From NCBI RefSeq assembly GCF_009914755.1, contig NC_060939.1: a DNA stretch of 64,000 nt; one strand, written 5' to 3'. Positions 61,756 through 64,000 of this stretch are shown in pieces (within the stretch, counting starts at the first letter, position 1; every line of letters starts with the position of its first letter). The position numbers were made by a program, and so were the translations under genes. The notes below the pieces were generated by a model. It was not told the DNA's origin, made no database searches, and was given only the letters and a program-made list of their open reading frames with translations. The DNA comes from the human T2T-CHM13v2.0 reference genome, Homo sapiens.

Positions 61756-62535
61756 TGAGACATATGGGTAGGGTAGGAGGACAGGGATTGGAGGCAGGTG
61801 ATAATTTTGTTTTTTGTTTATTTGGTTGGTTTTGAGGCGGAGTCTTGTTCCGTCCAGCCCAGGCTGGAGTGCAGTGGCGTGATCTTGGCTCATTGCAACC
61901 TCTGCCTCAGCCTCCTGAGTAGCTGGGACTACAGGGGCGCACCATCACGCCCAGCTAGTTTTTGTATTTTTAAAGTAGAGATGGGGTTTTGCCATATTGG
62001 CCAGGCTGGTCTTGAACTCCGGGGCTCAAGCCATCCACCTGCCTTGGCCTCCCAAAGTGCTAGAATTACAGGCGTGAGCCACCGTGCATGGCCTGATAAT
62101 TTTAAATAGGAGTTAGGATAGACCCCATTGAGAATGTAACATTTAAGTAAAACTTGAAGTAAGGGAATTACCCATATGGACATAGGGGCAAGAGCATTCT
62201 GGGTAAGAAGAACCTGGCTTGAGTGAAGCAGTCAAGGGAGAGAAGCAGGAGATGGGTCAGCGAGGGAACTGGGGAGGGCCAGATTATATAAGGTCTGTAG
62301 GCCATTGGGAGGACTTAAGTTTTCAGTTTGAGTGAAATTAGAGAGTTTTAAACAGAGAAGTGTCTCTTGAAGAACTTCACATACTATATCTTGAATTATT
62401 CACCTCTTGGTATGAAATTTGTTGTGTCTTTAACATATTTCAGATGTGCGTATGATATTGATATTTAAGCCAGCTGGCTCTGCATGTATTTATGGTTAAG
62501 GCTGCTCCTACATGTGCCTAAATTTGTTGGTGTAG

Positions 62536-62706
62536 GGTCCTTCTCCCACACCTGAGGATGTCTCCATGAAGGAAGAGAATCTCTGCCAAGCTTTTTCTGA
62601 TGCCTTGCTCTGCAAAATCGAGGACATTGATAACGAAGATTGGGAGAACCCTCAGCTCTGCAGTGACTACGTTAAGGATATCTATCAGTATCTCAGGCAG
62701 CTGGAG
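62536..62706 (+). CDS. CCNB2: CCNB2 exon 4 (CRS/NES-like [10 protein letters not shown])
   Basis: gtgtag|GGT CCT...CTG GAG|gtaggt; [22 protein letters not shown]...[20 protein letters not shown]. Confidence 0.96.
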
Positions 62707-62809
62707 GTAGGTGGGCCTTTGTGTTTTGGTTGTATAAGCAATGTGGAATTTACCACACAGCTGGGAAGCAAACAAGGTCAGCTTTTTAAACTTTTGATTC
62801 TACCCACAG

Positions 62810-62968
62810 GTTTTGCAGTCCATAAACCCACATTTCTTAGATGGAAGAGATATAAATGGACGCATGCGTGCCATCCTAGTGGATTGGCTGGTACAAGTCC
62901 ACTCCAAGTTTAGGCTTCTGCAGGAGACTCTGTACATGTGCGTTGGCATTATGGATCGATTTTTACAG
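62810..62968 (+). CDS. CCNB2: CCNB2 exon 5, start of the cyclin box ([12 protein letters not shown])
   Basis: ccacag|GTT TTG...TTA CAG|gtaggt; the gene continues beyond the window. Confidence 0.97.
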
Positions 62969-64000
62969 GTAGGTGTGGCTTCAGGGACTTCACGCCAGTG
63001 GCTCATTGAACATTGCATTTATGCTTGGGGGATAGAAAACTAAAGTGGGTACTTCTGAAAAAAAGACCAAAAATCAAATTGTGAGAAGCCAAAGAACTTT
63101 GGGGACTAAAAAGGGAAGTAATCCAAGTGTGTCAAGCCTTTGATGATGCGGACCAATAATGGGCATTTCTGTAAGGCCAGCCAGCTAAAAAGTACTTGGG
63201 GGAAATATTGCATTGCCACAATCCTTCATCAGAGGAAATATACCATCAGTTGGGCTGAAAGTCCATCTGAAGCCTGTAGTGCCTTTGGATGCTGGTTTTC
63301 TGGGCCTGCTTGCACAATTTCCATAGTTTGGTGCTCTGGTGTTAAGTTTCCTCATCTGAAAAACGATGAGTTTGGCTGGAGAACCTCCACATTTCCAGCC
63401 AACTATGTCATTGAATCACTGTAGAAGAAGAAGGTGGCAGTATTTGTTTTTTTTAAAGGAGCAGGGGTTGTGTGTGGAGTGGACTGAGAATGTAGTGTAA
63501 TAAAGAGTAATATAAGAAAATAAGAGGCAAACATAATCTTCAGCATATTTATGAGTGGGTAATGCACAGCCCCTGACCTGTTAGAAGAGACAGCAGATAT
63601 AAATTGCCAGTGTGTTATCTACCAAACAATAGCCCTGCAGATAAGGTTTTATTTATTTAAAGTCAACATTCAGGATAGGGGTTTAGGTCAGGCACAAATT
63701 CTGTCCAAACAATGTAATAAAAATTACTTTACAATAATGACCCTGAGATACTACAAAATCCCAGGTAGCATGCATTCCTCTTTGGGCAGGAAAGCACAAC
63801 AGTATTTTAGGTAGGTTTCTTTATTTTTTATTTTTTTGAGACAGGGTTTTATTCTGTTGTTGCCCACGCTGGAGTGCAGTGACACAATCTGGGCTCACTG
63901 TAGCCTCAATTTCCTGGGTTCAATCAATCCTTCTACCTCAGCTTCCCAAGTAGCTGGGACTATAGGCATATGCTACCACGCCCAGCTAAGTTTTTGATTT

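Overview
Primate DNA, almost certainly human 15q22 (the CCNB2 translation matches the human protein as I recall it). The window holds the last 12 coding exons and 3' UTR of RNF111 (Arkadia: SIMs, His/Pro-rich region, NRG/TIER, RING-H2) on +, about 8 kb of Alu/L1/MLT-rich spacer, then the CpG-island promoter (three CCAAT boxes 33 bp apart plus a CHR) and first five exons of CCNB2 (cyclin B2) on +. All exon phases join in frame. Exon numbers and repeat subfamily names are from memory, not from a search. Roughly 50 Alu copies or fragments, a near full-length Tigger1, and several MER/L1/L2/MLT relics explain most ORF-track entries. I cannot support a new multi-gene system here. The most unexplained structures are: (1) a ~280-nt AG-free pyrimidine tract after RNF111 exon 6 that ends in a strong acceptor followed by an in-frame stop and a downstream AATAAA, a candidate RING-less truncating exon; (2) an ~80%-identical non-Alu element duplicated in RNF111 introns 11 and 13; (3) an alternative exon-13 acceptor that regenerates a 5' splice site; (4) a young 3x89-bp tandem repeat just past the RNF111 poly(A) site; (5) several template-switch or inverted-Alu scars.
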